Shown piece by piece: positions 47,339 to 58,182 of a DNA stretch of 64,000 nt (positions within the stretch are counted from its first letter, which is position 1; every line of letters starts with the position of its first letter). A program made the position numbers and the translations under genes. The stretch is from the IMG/VR virus record IMGVR_UViG_3300025815_002670, positions 13,671-77,670 of that record; one strand, 5' to 3'. Under the pieces are notes generated by a model. The model did no database searches. It was not told the DNA's origin and saw nothing but the letters and a program-made list of their open reading frames with translations. Source of the stretch: a virus.

Positions 47339-50300
47339 ATGGCAACAAGAGTAGATTTTTCAAGCGTATTTGACACTGTTCTCCCAAATGTTTACATTAG
47401 GAACGTGTCGCTTGCACACGCAAGTTTGGCCGATCCAAGGCGAGGTGTCGAATACGACGACGATCAAAACTACGTCTTCGAAAAGAACGAGTTTGGTAAA
47501 AGGTTTTTTCCAAACTTGCCTCCACAAGATGTCCAACTCATAGCAGAGGGCAAGTTTTTAGAAGTCAAGGCACAGATCGTCATCAAGGACTACTACCGAG
47601 ACAACCAGAAGAGCCTATGGTTTGAAAATGACGAGGTTCTAAACCTTCTAAAACTCCGCGTCCTCCTAAGCACCAAGGCACAACTAACAGACGATCTTCG
47701 AAATAGAGGTCTTACAGAGAAAAACATTGAAGACTCAAAGGCAGAAGGCGGCCTAAAAGAGCAGATCATCTCACTCAAAAAAGTCCATAAAACAAGCCTT
47801 ATGGACTTTCAGAAGCAAGAAATAGACGGGAGAACGGTTTACACTCTTACTTACGATGTTTCTTTTAAGGTTTACCGTCCAAACCCAAGACATGTTGCTA
47901 TGTTCGCAGGAACCTTTATGGATCTGAACGAATATGCCAGAACAAGAGAATCACTAGCACAGTCAAGGAGACGTTTCCTTTATGGCAACTTCGCTGGTCA
48001 ACTGCTCGTAAATAAAGGCGAACGTCCACTAAACTCAAATGTTTTCATCCAACCTGACGGAAAAGCCTGGGCTGGACCGGTTCACTTCCAACAAGAAACA
48101 AACTCTTTTATGGCCGGTGCTTTCCACAGCAGTCAGCCACATCCCCGCCTCGAAAGAAAGGTTATTGGGAACACAACAACGCTTGACTACCGCCTCCTAG
48201 ACGGAGCAGAGGAAGCAACAACCCTCCTCCGACCCTACACACCACGCAGTCGTCGAAGAAGAAAGGCTATGTCGAGGCAAGAAGACTTCAAAAAGATTAT
48301 GAAGTCCGCTTACATTTCAGAGCCAGAATACTCAACAAACCGTTTGGGCGAAGTCTTTATGACTTTCCACATAAACTTTGACAAGATCATAAAAGAAAAG
48401 ACACAGTTTGGCGCCATTGCAGTCAAAGCAGATCCAGATGCTCTAAATGATATTCGAGGTCTAACTGAAATAAAAACAGTCAAGGTTTACAGAAACAGGG
48501 TAAAGAAAGGTTTCATACCAGGAACGTCAAACCTTGTGGATTTTGAAGACAGAACAGAGCTTATTGCCGAAGCCACAGGCGCACAACTAGACGACGGTTT
48601 GAGTGTTCCGCTTGAAAAAACAGTCAACTCTTACGACGAAGAAGCAAGAAAGATCACAGTCGGCCAAATAAGAGAAATAGACTTGCAGTATCGAGGCGCA
48701 GTCGGCATTAGAACCTTTGGCGTTTCGGATCTCGAAATGGACAGAAAGACAGACGGCCTCTATTCTTATTCAGTTGAGTTTGAGATGGTCGATGGAACAA
48801 AGGTCTTTGCGGTGCAAGAGTTGGACAAACTCATCCAGGCCAAGAACCTAATGATCGAATACCGCGATATGGCCTCCAAACCAGACAACACCGACGAAGA
48901 GACTGGTCTATTCACAGACGCTTTCCGCACCAGGGTCAACGAACTTTATGATGAACTCGCCCCAAGGGAAGCAACTGGCAGAAACAGAAGGGAACGACGC
49001 CAGGCAATCCGCCAGAGTTTCGTCAACCTTCCTTGGAATAATGCTGTCGCGGCCTACATTGATGTTCTAGGCAACGCAACGGCTTTCAGCAACAGGAACA
49101 TCGCCGGCCTCTCAACTCTTCTCTATTCGCTTGTCAGGCCCGACACGGGAAGTGTCGAAGGCATCAACACAGTGATCGGTCTAATGGAAGCACTCGAAGC
49201 AAAAATGTCGAGCGCTCTTGGAAGAAAGGCTGTCCTTGTCAATGAGGTTGATTACGGCGACAGAACCAGGGCTTACAAAGGAAAACTGCCACAGAGAGAT
49301 CTATTCATAGAAAAAAGGTTCCAAAAGATTTTCAACAGCAATGTTCAAAAAGATGTTGGTTTTGACTTCCTTGGAGACCTTGGATCCCGAGAGAACGCGG
49401 GACACCTCGAAATAACTGTCCAAGATATAAGAGGTCGTTTCGCAGACGAGAACAGAAAGTATTTCATCACCTCAGGTCTTGGTGGTGACTCACTCTTGCC
49501 AGAGGGACTAACCAAGGGTTTAGATCTGGAACCAAACTTCTTCTCTTTCCTAACACCAGCAAGAGCAAGGATGGGCAAGGGCGTCTCTCTTTCCACTCTA
49601 CAAAAAGGAAACTCCATTTTAGACAAGGGCCAGTTTGACGTTATTTCTACAACTCGTCTCGCGATGAACCCACGAGCAGCAGCACCGAACAAAAAACTTA
49701 ACACACCAGCAGATCCGAGCAGCAACATAGGGGAACTCATGCCGCCTGTGAACTTCTCGGTTGGTTTCAACCCCACGCTTTCAAACTTGTCAGAGGAAGA
49801 CTACACTATTTCCACAGCGATGTCTCCCATTATGGCTGCTGCCGGCATCTCTATTACGACACCTACTTTGGCAAATGCAGAGAGGCTTTCTTTCACTGCT
49901 CTAGACGGCCAGACAGAAGAAAAAGAAGATGGTGTTGATCCCAAGGAGATTCTAGGCGACAACACGAACTTCTCCATTGACCCCTTGCCCAAGAAGGATG
50001 TGGACGAAGAGGAAAATCTAACACCAGAACCAAAGCAGCAGTTCAACGAACTTGAAAAGATCTTTGTTGGTGCGATGGTCGATTCGGAAGACAGCCTTTT
50101 TGATGGCAAGAAGCGGGCAACTATTGAAAAAATCTCAAACCCAAGAAGGATCTTCTCCAAGGATTTAGAAGTGGATGATGATTCTACTGCAAAGCAGGCA
50201 AGATTCTACAACGGACTTCCAAACCAAATCAAGTCACTTTTCCTAACACAGACACCATTGGCGAGAGTTAACTGGGTAGAAAGATACAGACAAACGGGTG

Positions 50301-51031
50301 AAGATATTCTAACAAGCCCCTCTTTGGCCAACTTCCTCTATTACAACTACAAGCACATAAACCGCATAGAAGTTCTTGTAGGTTTTGAAAAGGACGATCG
50401 AGGCGAACTACAAATCTCCAGACCAAAATATGAAAGACTAACAAGAAGACTTCTACAAGCATCACGGACTTTTGCAAGACCTTTATTGTGTCGTATGACA
50501 CCATATTCTAATGCGAGGCTTGGGATGAGAAAGAGCAAGAAGTTGAGTATGACGGAGTATGATGAAAACTTTGTCATCATCCCAGACACCTCGCCGACTA
50601 CAAACGTCGATGAAATCGCAGCAGAGACAGAGGCAGAAATAGAAGACTTTATTACGGAACTTCTTCCAGAAGATCCGACAACAACAGAACAGGGCGACGA
50701 ACTATTTAGAAGTGTCCTTGTCGATCGTTTGACTGAATATTCAGAACTAAACTCAACAGGCAAGCGCTCCCTGAAGGTCGAGGTCGATAGAAGAATAATG
50801 ATGGACGAGATCCCACCAGAGTTCCAAACAAACCTAGTTGTCTACCAGCCAAGAAACGTCACAAGAATCGGAACAAGTTTTGGTGATGATGGACAACCAA
50901 GAAGAACAGTCGTGGAAAGCAACGCAAGAGCGGCCTTGCAGCGCAGAGCAACAGGCACACCAGCAAGAACACAGACAGCACGAACCACGAGAACACCAAG
51001 TACAGGCGGAACTAGCGGAGGCGGTTACTGA
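47339..51031 (+). CDS. Large hypothetical virion protein (1230 aa)
   Basis: Long ORF in the structural module. Confidence 0.7.
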   Translation: MATRVDFSSVFDTVLPNVYIRNVSLAHASLADPRRGVEYDDDQNYVFEKNEFGKRFFPNLPPQDVQLIAEGKFLEVKAQIVIKDYYRDNQKSLWFENDEVLNLLKLRVLLSTKAQLTDDLRNRGLTEKNIEDSKAEGGLKEQIISLKKVHKTSLMDFQKQEIDGRTVYTLTYDVSFKVYRPNPRHVAMFAGTFMDLNEYARTRESLAQSRRRFLYGNFAGQLLVNKGERPLNSNVFIQPDGKAWAGPVHFQQETNSFMAGAFHSSQPHPRLERKVIGNTTTLDYRLLDGAEEATTLLRPYTPRSRRRRKAMSRQEDFKKIMKSAYISEPEYSTNRLGEVFMTFHINFDKIIKEKTQFGAIAVKADPDALNDIRGLTEIKTVKVYRNRVKKGFIPGTSNLVDFEDRTELIAEATGAQLDDGLSVPLEKTVNSYDEEARKITVGQIREIDLQYRGAVGIRTFGVSDLEMDRKTDGLYSYSVEFEMVDGTKVFAVQELDKLIQAKNLMIEYRDMASKPDNTDEETGLFTDAFRTRVNELYDELAPREATGRNRRERRQAIRQSFVNLPWNNAVAAYIDVLGNATAFSNRNIAGLSTLLYSLVRPDTGSVEGINTVIGLMEALEAKMSSALGRKAVLVNEVDYGDRTRAYKGKLPQRDLFIEKRFQKIFNSNVQKDVGFDFLGDLGSRENAGHLEITVQDIRGRFADENRKYFITSGLGGDSLLPEGLTKGLDLEPNFFSFLTPARARMGKGVSLSTLQKGNSILDKGQFDVISTTRLAMNPRAAAPNKKLNTPADPSSNIGELMPPVNFSVGFNPTLSNLSEEDYTISTAMSPIMAAAGISITTPTLANAERLSFTALDGQTEEKEDGVDPKEILGDNTNFSIDPLPKKDVDEEENLTPEPKQQFNELEKIFVGAMVDSEDSLFDGKKRATIEKISNPRRIFSKDLEVDDDSTAKQARFYNGLPNQIKSLFLTQTPLARVNWVERYRQTGEDILTSPSLANFLYYNYKHINRIEVLVGFEKDDRGELQISRPKYERLTRRLLQASRTFARPLLCRMTPYSNARLGMRKSKKLSMTEYDENFVIIPDTSPTTNVDEIAAETEAEIEDFITELLPEDPTTTEQGDELFRSVLVDRLTEYSELNSTGKRSLKVEVDRRIMMDEIPPEFQTNLVVYQPRNVTRIGTSFGDDGQPRRTVVESNARAALQRRATGTPARTQTARTTRTPSTGGTSGGGY

Positions 51032-53352
51032 TGTCGACAAAGAAGATCACTATTGTCAACGAAGAACTTTTAGCAAGAGACGCAAGTTCAGATTTAGTTC
51101 GCGACCTTCACGCAGGACGTTGGGGAGTTTTTACAGGTGAAGGCATCAAGTATTCCCCAATAACAGACACTGACATCAAAATAGAAACTACGATCCTACC
51201 TCCATCAAGAGGACCAATAGACGACAGGCCGATTTCTCCAGGTACTTACCAAGCCTTACGAAAGCATACAGAAATGGTTGAGTTGGTTCAGAACTTACCA
51301 TTGGACGAAAGAAGAACACCAGAGGACAATGCAAACTGGATCAGCCAAGTCGAGGGCCTTGTAGACATTGGCGTCCCCCATTATGACTTTGCAACCACAA
51401 TGATCACAGAGCCAGTCGAAGAAGAAACCCAAAACTCAACAACTGACGAAGGCTCCCTAAAGCAAGGCGCAACTTTCCACTACAACTTCTTTGATAGAGA
51501 GTATGAAGACGAACTTGCAACGATCACGCAGCACTATTTCATACCAAACGTCTACCAAGATGTAGACCGCTTGGAAGCCAGAACAGAGCCAGGGGAAGAA
51601 CCAGAATACGCCCTCCGTGCCCCGTTCAAGAGAAAACTAATAAGAAACAGACGACGCCCCGTCCAAAGTCTTTCAACAGTCAATCAAATAGTTCCAGCCG
51701 AGAACGGTGGAAAGTTTAGAGATTATTCACCAGATTTCTACCCAATGCACGCCCAAGTGGTCGTAAACACAAAGAGCGTCGGAGGCCGAAAGATTTCTTT
51801 GGCCCTCAAAGACTGTGCTGCCGAGATCAACCTAACAAGAGACCTTGAAGGCGTTGCAACCCCAGGTGCTCCAAGTTCTATTGCGAGAGAAAACATAACA
51901 CTCTCAAGCACGATCATCAATGCCGATGGTGTCAGAGAAACCTTTTCTGAAGACATCGATGCAATAAAGACTGTTAACCTTGCACTATGGGGAGACGAAG
52001 ACGCTCCTGGTTGGGTCAACGCAAATCCGGTTCCACCAGAGTTTTCATTCATTGGACCAGAAACCTACTCCTCAGCACAGTCATTATTTGGCTTGCCGTC
52101 TCTATTGGGCGCAAATGTTGCTCACCTTTACGATCGCCTAAGTGAGATCGCAACAGAGCACGGCAGAACGATGCAAGACATTATGAATGGTGTTCCTGCC
52201 TATTCAGAAACTGTCTTGTTCAAGGTCGAAAAGTTCCTCGGCCCAGTTAGTTCTATCACGACTTCCACACCAATAAAGACGTTCCATTTCTCAAACGCTG
52301 GCAGTATTGACATTGATAAGATTGAAAAAAGAATAAAAGTTGTTGACACGCAGGTCAAGTACGGCGAAACCTATTCTTATGTTGTTACGGCTTATCAGGC
52401 AGTTGTTGGATCAGCGTATCAATACGCCAACCTTACTATTTTAGAAGAGTCGCGCCCAAGAAGAGCATCGGTCACGACAGCGATTGAGACCATAATAAAA
52501 CTTGTTGAAATCCCTCTTTATGTCTCTACTGGCGCGATTTACGATTACCCACCACTTGCCCCACAGGTCGAGTTCCTACCACTAATCGGATCTCCAAGAA
52601 AGTTAAAACTACACTTCCAAATGTCTTCTGGTTTTGAGGACCAAGTTCCAATAGCACTTAACCAAGCAGATCAGGATATTTTTGATCAAATGGCGATCAA
52701 CCAAGGGCGAACAGTTGGAGGTCCATTGACATTTGGTTCAGACAATGCACCGGTCGCTTATGAGATCTACAGGGTAAACGAACCACCAGTTAGTTATGAT
52801 GACTTCAATCGCAGAAGAATAGCCAGAGTCTCCACTCTTTCAAGCGATGCAAAAACGACAAGACAAGCATCCTCTGCTGCCTTTGTTTTAAACCAGGCTT
52901 TAAACCGCAAGTTCTACTACATGTTCAGAACTGTTGATTACCACGGCGGACTCTCAAACCCAAGCCCGGTTTTTGAAATCGAACTCCTTGGAGATACAGG
53001 AGTTAGTTTCCCAGTTATTCGTGAATATGAGTTTGGGCAAATAAGCCCCAAAACAGAGACAAAGATGGCAAGAAAGTTCGTTCAAATAACACCTCGAATC
53101 ACACAAGCCATCGTAAACGAAGAGATTTCAGGACTACTTAATCCAGACGGAACTCTTGGAAACGCAAGAAATAACAGAGAGATCGTTCTTGGAGTAGAAG
53201 ACGAAGCTTTATTCGGGCAGGATGCCTCTACATCACACGCGATTCGCAGAGGCAAGAGATTCAAAATAAGATTTACCTCGAAGACGACAGGAAAGAAAGT
53301 CGATTTGAACGTTTCTTTCAAAACAAAACGAGTTCGAGGCGAGACAGAATAG
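51031..53352 (+). CDS. Hypothetical virion protein with FN3/Ig-like segments
   Basis: DTQVKYGETYSYVVTAY; YEIYRV; YYMFRTVDYHGGLSNPS. Confidence 0.6.
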   Translation: MSTKKITIVNEELLARDASSDLVRDLHAGRWGVFTGEGIKYSPITDTDIKIETTILPPSRGPIDDRPISPGTYQALRKHTEMVELVQNLPLDERRTPEDNANWISQVEGLVDIGVPHYDFATTMITEPVEEETQNSTTDEGSLKQGATFHYNFFDREYEDELATITQHYFIPNVYQDVDRLEARTEPGEEPEYALRAPFKRKLIRNRRRPVQSLSTVNQIVPAENGGKFRDYSPDFYPMHAQVVVNTKSVGGRKISLALKDCAAEINLTRDLEGVATPGAPSSIARENITLSSTIINADGVRETFSEDIDAIKTVNLALWGDEDAPGWVNANPVPPEFSFIGPETYSSAQSLFGLPSLLGANVAHLYDRLSEIATEHGRTMQDIMNGVPAYSETVLFKVEKFLGPVSSITTSTPIKTFHFSNAGSIDIDKIEKRIKVVDTQVKYGETYSYVVTAYQAVVGSAYQYANLTILEESRPRRASVTTAIETIIKLVEIPLYVSTGAIYDYPPLAPQVEFLPLIGSPRKLKLHFQMSSGFEDQVPIALNQADQDIFDQMAINQGRTVGGPLTFGSDNAPVAYEIYRVNEPPVSYDDFNRRRIARVSTLSSDAKTTRQASSAAFVLNQALNRKFYYMFRTVDYHGGLSNPSPVFEIELLGDTGVSFPVIREYEFGQISPKTETKMARKFVQITPRITQAIVNEEISGLLNPDGTLGNARNNREIVLGVEDEALFGQDASTSHAIRRGKRFKIRFTSKTTGKKVDLNVSFKTKRVRGETE

Positions 53353-53371
53353 CATAAAACATTTTCATTAC

Positions 53372-53380
53372 ACTATTTAT
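53372..53380 (+). promoter_or_regulatory. Candidate late promoter ACTATTTAT
   Basis: Intergenic, before AGGAG and ATG 53406. Confidence 0.65.
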
Positions 53381-53405
53381 TAGTGAAACCTTCAGGAGAC
53401 AACGA

Positions 53406-54344
53406 ATGGGATTCCTAGATAATTCAGGCGACATTATCTTAGACGCTGTTTTAACCGACACTGGTCGTATGAGATTAGCAAAGGGCGACGGAAGTTTTAA
53501 GATTGTAAAGTTTGCCCTTGGCGATGACGAGATCAACTACGAGATCTACAACAAGAACGATAGTAGAGGCTCGGCCTACTACGACCTAGAGGTGCTACAG
53601 ACACCAGTCCTAGAGGCGTTCACCGATAACGCTGCTTCTATGAAGTCAAAGTTAATCTCTATTCCAAGAAACAACCTACTTTACCTTCCGATCGTCAAAC
53701 TAAACACAACATTTGACTCTTCTACCGCGAAGCATTCTTCAGGCGACTTTCTCATTGCAGTCGATACTGAGACCGAGGATGAATTGTTCACAGATGCTTC
53801 TGGTGTCTCTATCGACGGCGTTCTCATGGGTGAGACACCAACCCGCTCTGGCAACCGCATTCGCCTCGACCAAGGACTAGACACAACTGAGATTTCGCCT
53901 GCTCGTGCTCTAGACCCGCTTCTACTTGAGACACAGTACGCCATCGAAATCGACAACCGTCTTGGAAGCATCGTTGAACAAACAGATGGTGTTAAAGCTT
54001 CTGTCTCCTTTGTTGATGATGATTCAATCGCCACCTACTACCTCTCAAGGGGCACAGACAACGAGTTCGTAATGGATATTCAGGACACCAGCGAAAACAC
54101 TTCTGCTGGTTCTATCAAGGGTCCGAGAGGTACAAAGCTTGTCTTCAAGGTTCAGTCTTCACTTGAATTAAACACAAGTGATTATCTTTTTGATACCATA
54201 GGAACAACAGATTCCACAATTGCAAGTAAGTCTGGTGTTGCGGGGACAGTAAGCTTTAAAACAATCAAGTCCACTATTCGCGTAACCGGCGTGAATACTG
54301 GTTATCGTATCGACATTCCGGTCAAGTTCGTCAAGAAAGTATAA
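53406..54344 (+). CDS. Virion structural protein (tail-collar/baseplate-like N-terminus)
   Basis: VLTDTGRMRLAKG..KIVKFALGD resembles tail-collar fibre N-termini (LT..GR..LA....I...A.GD). Confidence 0.55.
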   Translation: MGFLDNSGDIILDAVLTDTGRMRLAKGDGSFKIVKFALGDDEINYEIYNKNDSRGSAYYDLEVLQTPVLEAFTDNAASMKSKLISIPRNNLLYLPIVKLNTTFDSSTAKHSSGDFLIAVDTETEDELFTDASGVSIDGVLMGETPTRSGNRIRLDQGLDTTEISPARALDPLLLETQYAIEIDNRLGSIVEQTDGVKASVSFVDDDSIATYYLSRGTDNEFVMDIQDTSENTSAGSIKGPRGTKLVFKVQSSLELNTSDYLFDTIGTTDSTIASKSGVAGTVSFKTIKSTIRVTGVNTGYRIDIPVKFVKKV

Positions 54345-54360
54345 AGGATAGGATAACATA

Positions 54361-55473
54361 ATGGCTACAACATTTAAGAATTTCTTAAGCAACGACCTAG
54401 CAAACACGAGAACGCTTCTCCACGAGGCTATCCCGATCACTGGTTCTATCGTTTCTGGAACTTACGCAAGCGACGGAAACATCAAGACCTACGGTCACGG
54501 TATGTTCAAGAGTGTCTACGACTACCCTTACCTATCCTCTTCTGCTAACCACATCTTCGACATCACCGCTGGATACGCCAACGCCTCTGCCCTTTCTGGC
54601 GCAAGCAACACGCAGAACGCCAAGAAGATCAATCTTTACAACCAGATGGCCCAGTATCTTGTCGGATACGACGACACAGGCAGCATCAAGCAGTTCACAA
54701 TGCCAACAGACGGCACCGTAATGAATGACTGCTTCTTCGTCCCATTCGCCCGCCTTCTCTCCAAGGACGAGATCAAGAAGGGCTCTGTAACACTTGAGTT
54801 TGGCCTTTCTGCTTCCTATTCACAAGATGGGACAGCATTTGACAAGAGAGCCAAACTAATTGACTATTCCGGCTCCGATGGCTACTATGTTGATTCTCCT
54901 GCTGGCGAGTACGGTGTCCTTTATGGAACTTCTTCAGCCCTCGGCGGAGGCGCCGCGAGCTTCTTCGACGGAGAGACTCTAGGAAATGCTGCCACAATGC
55001 CAGCCATTGGCCTCATTTACTACCAGGCCGGAATCGCTGTTATTTCCAGTTCCCTATTCAACGACACGGCTGACGGTGGTGCTCTTAAGGCCGGTCTTGG
55101 AACTCTTGAGCTTGGTTCCGGTTTTGGACCATCCGGCTTCAATGCCATCACAGGCTCAACGCTTGACAACTTCTCTGCCGGCATTCTAAACCGAGTTTAC
55201 AACGTTTCATTCAACAACACGACCGAGCTAAACTCAACTATCTACTTCTGCCGCGCAAGCCACAGCGACTTCAACTACAGTTCCAACCCGACTTACCTAA
55301 GTGGAAGCAAGATCCGCGTCAAGACTCGTTCAGAAGACGCCCCTGTTTCTTACATTACGACGGTTGGTCTTTATTCCGCAGACAACGAACTTCTTGCTGT
55401 CGCCAAACTTTCCGAGCCGCTTCGCAAAGATCCGACAAACGAGATTACACTTCGCGTAAGGCTAGACTACTAA
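54361..55473 (+). CDS. Virion structural protein
   Basis: C-terminal NYSSNPTY...YITTVGLYSADNELLAVAKLSEP..LRVRLDY. Confidence 0.65.
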   Translation: MATTFKNFLSNDLANTRTLLHEAIPITGSIVSGTYASDGNIKTYGHGMFKSVYDYPYLSSSANHIFDITAGYANASALSGASNTQNAKKINLYNQMAQYLVGYDDTGSIKQFTMPTDGTVMNDCFFVPFARLLSKDEIKKGSVTLEFGLSASYSQDGTAFDKRAKLIDYSGSDGYYVDSPAGEYGVLYGTSSALGGGAASFFDGETLGNAATMPAIGLIYYQAGIAVISSSLFNDTADGGALKAGLGTLELGSGFGPSGFNAITGSTLDNFSAGILNRVYNVSFNNTTELNSTIYFCRASHSDFNYSSNPTYLSGSKIRVKTRSEDAPVSYITTVGLYSADNELLAVAKLSEPLRKDPTNEITLRVRLDY

Positions 55474-55485
55474 GGGGGTGCTACG

Positions 55486-56721
55486 ATGCCTCTCTACAAG
55501 TTTGGGGCGGGTGATGTTTTTTACAACCAGATAAAGGCACACCCAAGTAGTTCCTTCTTCGTTTACAACGGCAAGATCTATTACAACGACAAGGCAACGG
55601 AACCCGGCGCTAATGTAAGCAATGTCGGCGGTGTTCCAACTGGCCACGTCAGTCTTTATGAAATGAACGTTGACCGTGTTGCTGCGTCAACTGGTCGCTT
55701 CATCGGCGGCTCGTCTTCCATCTCAGGCGAGAACGTAGACGACACAGGACTTATTTACCCATTTGTCTACAAGGGCTTCGATAAGGTTGCTTTCAAAACC
55801 ATAAAGCGAAGAAACTTCGTCCACGACTATTCAAACGGAGATGTGATAACAGGAAGTTATCAAATGTCTGCGTCCATCGTCCGCTCCTTCTACGACTCAG
55901 GAGACGGCTTCTTTGGCTCCAACCTAACAGGAAGCGCCATAAAGAACTCCCTTGACTATGCTGCCCGTTTGGGCCAACATTACATCTTCGCCTCTGGTGC
56001 TACGGAAGTCGTCAACCTTATTGACATTCCTTCTATTTTCTATGGATCTGAAATCAAAAAGGGCTCTGTTGTCCTTGACCTCTACATCACCGGCACACTT
56101 GCGGCAAGGCTAACGGACAAGTTCTACAATGGAGCCCTCGTCCAAGAGTCAGGCACCTACGCCTCAGCAAACGACGGCCAGATCGCAGGCGTCGTCCTCT
56201 ACAACGAGGGTCTTATTCTTCTAACTGGATCCTGGGCTTTGGATGCCACGCTTGAATTAGAAGACAGAAACTACTTGGGAACAGACATAGTGTCTGACAT
56301 CTCTTGGAAACATTTTGCTCTTGGTGCAAACTCTTTTTACAGCGCGTCTGTTTCCAACTCTTCTGCCTCTTATTCACTCAACTTCGCAGGAACAAACAAG
56401 ATCCCAACGGTCACGATGTTGGCAAATGCTAACCGAGGCGAACTAAATTTCACAAACAACCCGACCTACATTGAATACGGCCAGATCCCCTACCACCCAA
56501 CCACAGGCTCCAACTTCTACAAAGAGCAGCCGCTAACCATCAAAAACATCCACTCCTCCTCTTACACAGATCCAACTGGCTCTCTCAAAAAAACAACATA
56601 CATCACCAAGATCGGCATTTATGACGAAGACAAGAAGCTCATTGGCATCGCCTCTGTTGCAAAGCCAGTGAAGAAACTTGAAGACCGAGACTTGACATTT
56701 AAACTAAAACTTGATATGTGA
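55486..56721 (+). CDS. Virion structural protein, paralog of 54361..55473
   Basis: Shared EIKKGSV, G.(I/V).Y..G, NF(T/S)NNPTY and YIT.IG.Y...L..(I/V)A....P..K...(L/F)...LD. Confidence 0.7.
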   Translation: MPLYKFGAGDVFYNQIKAHPSSSFFVYNGKIYYNDKATEPGANVSNVGGVPTGHVSLYEMNVDRVAASTGRFIGGSSSISGENVDDTGLIYPFVYKGFDKVAFKTIKRRNFVHDYSNGDVITGSYQMSASIVRSFYDSGDGFFGSNLTGSAIKNSLDYAARLGQHYIFASGATEVVNLIDIPSIFYGSEIKKGSVVLDLYITGTLAARLTDKFYNGALVQESGTYASANDGQIAGVVLYNEGLILLTGSWALDATLELEDRNYLGTDIVSDISWKHFALGANSFYSASVSNSSASYSLNFAGTNKIPTVTMLANANRGELNFTNNPTYIEYGQIPYHPTTGSNFYKEQPLTIKNIHSSSYTDPTGSLKKTTYITKIGIYDEDKKLIGIASVAKPVKKLEDRDLTFKLKLDM

Positions 56722-56725
56722 TAGT

Positions 56726-57256
56726 ATGCTTTTAGGTTTAGACATTTCAACAAGCATCACGGGCTACACTTTATTAAACGAAGACAAGATAGTCCTAAAT
56801 GGTGCTTGGGACACAAGAAAGTTTAATGACTTTTTTGACAAAGCAAGATTCGTGCAAGAGGGTTTAGATGAGATTTTTAAGAAATATGGAAGCGAGATTG
56901 AATCAGTATATATTGAACAGTCGCTACAATCGTTCCGTTCAGGTTTCTCTTCTGCGAAAACAATTTCAACTCTTGCTCGTTTTAACGGCATCGTGTCTTG
57001 GCTTGTTTTTGATCAACTACAGATTAAGCCAGAATACATCGCGGCTACGTCTGCCAGGAAACTTTGTGGGATTAAAATACCCAAGGGCGAAAAGGCTAAA
57101 CCAGTCGTCCTAAAATTTCTCCTTGACTCCGAGCCCCAGTTCAGCATAGAATACACTAGGCAGGGCAACCCAAAGCCAGAGTCCTACGACCGAGCGGACT
57201 CACTTGTTGTTGCCAAAGCGGGGGTTATATGCGAGAGGAAAAAGAGAAAATCATAA
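56726..57256 (+). CDS. RuvC-like Holliday junction resolvase
   Basis: LGLDISTSITG, VYIEQ, DRADS acidic residues of the RNase H fold. Confidence 0.8.
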   Translation: MLLGLDISTSITGYTLLNEDKIVLNGAWDTRKFNDFFDKARFVQEGLDEIFKKYGSEIESVYIEQSLQSFRSGFSSAKTISTLARFNGIVSWLVFDQLQIKPEYIAATSARKLCGIKIPKGEKAKPVVLKFLLDSEPQFSIEYTRQGNPKPESYDRADSLVVAKAGVICERKKRKS

Positions 57257-58158
57257 AGTCGGTTCTTGGCCGGAACTATTCATCCGGTAAAGAACTGCTT
57301 TTTCATTGCCCTTTCTGCAACCACCACAAGAAAAAGCTGTCCGTCAATGTCGACAAGGGTGTGTTCAAGTGTTGGATTTGTGACAAGTCCGGCTCCAGTC
57401 TTGGCTACCTTATTAATAAGTTTGGTTCAAGCAAGGACCGCGAGCATTGGAAGAAGTTTGAAACGTCTGTTGATGTATCTTCTTATGAAGACCTCTTCTC
57501 GCCCCCTGACGAGCCCGTGGAGCAACGCATCGACTTGCCCAAGGAGTTCGTCTCCCTAACAGGCAAGACGACCCACAAGGGCCATTTCCCCGCCCTACGC
57601 TACCTTAAAGAACGAGGCATCACCCGCGACGACATTATGCGGTGGAAGATCGGCTATTGCGCCGATGGCGAGTTTGCTGGAAGGATCATCATCCCATCTT
57701 TCAATAAGGACGGGTGGGTTGATTATTATGTTGCTCGCTCTTGGGGTTTTGAGTGGCCACGCTACAAGAACCCTCCCATCAGCCGAGACATTATTTTCAA
57801 CGAACTTTACCTAAATTGGGACGAAGAAGTAGTTATTGTAGAAGGCGTTTTTGACGCAATAAAGGCTGGTAATGCTATTCCTCTACTTGGATCCACGCTT
57901 CGTGAGGGTTCTGTTATTTTTGAGGCCCTTGTTAAGAATAATGCAAGGGTTCTATTGGCTCTTGACGCTGACGCCCAAAGGAAGAGCCAATCGATCGCTC
58001 GCATCCTTTCTTTTTACGGAATAGAAACTTATGCTATTGATACGACTGGCTTTGAAGATGTTGGAGCGATGCCTAAAGACGAGTTCAAGGTTCGCAAGGA
58101 AAACGCTTCTTTTAATGGAAAAGACAACTATTTATTGGAGAAACTGCTTTCGATCTAA
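57229..58158 (+). CDS. DNA primase (zinc finger plus Toprim)
   Basis: CPFC..H..CWIC, RIIIP, RYKNP, IVEGVFDA, LDADA, DVG. Confidence 0.9.
   Translation: MREEKEKIIKSVLGRNYSSGKELLFHCPFCNHHKKKLSVNVDKGVFKCWICDKSGSSLGYLINKFGSSKDREHWKKFETSVDVSSYEDLFSPPDEPVEQRIDLPKEFVSLTGKTTHKGHFPALRYLKERGITRDDIMRWKIGYCADGEFAGRIIIPSFNKDGWVDYYVARSWGFEWPRYKNPPISRDIIFNELYLNWDEEVVIVEGVFDAIKAGNAIPLLGSTLREGSVIFEALVKNNARVLLALDADAQRKSQSIARILSFYGIETYAIDTTGFEDVGAMPKDEFKVRKENASFNGKDNYLLEKLLSI
58127..58135 (+). promoter_or_regulatory. Candidate late promoter ACTATTTAT in the primase 3' end, upstream of the shared-leader array
   Basis: Motif 48 nt before ATG 58183. Confidence 0.55.
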
Positions 58159-58182
58159 GGGAAGCGCAAAGGAGAAAGATTT

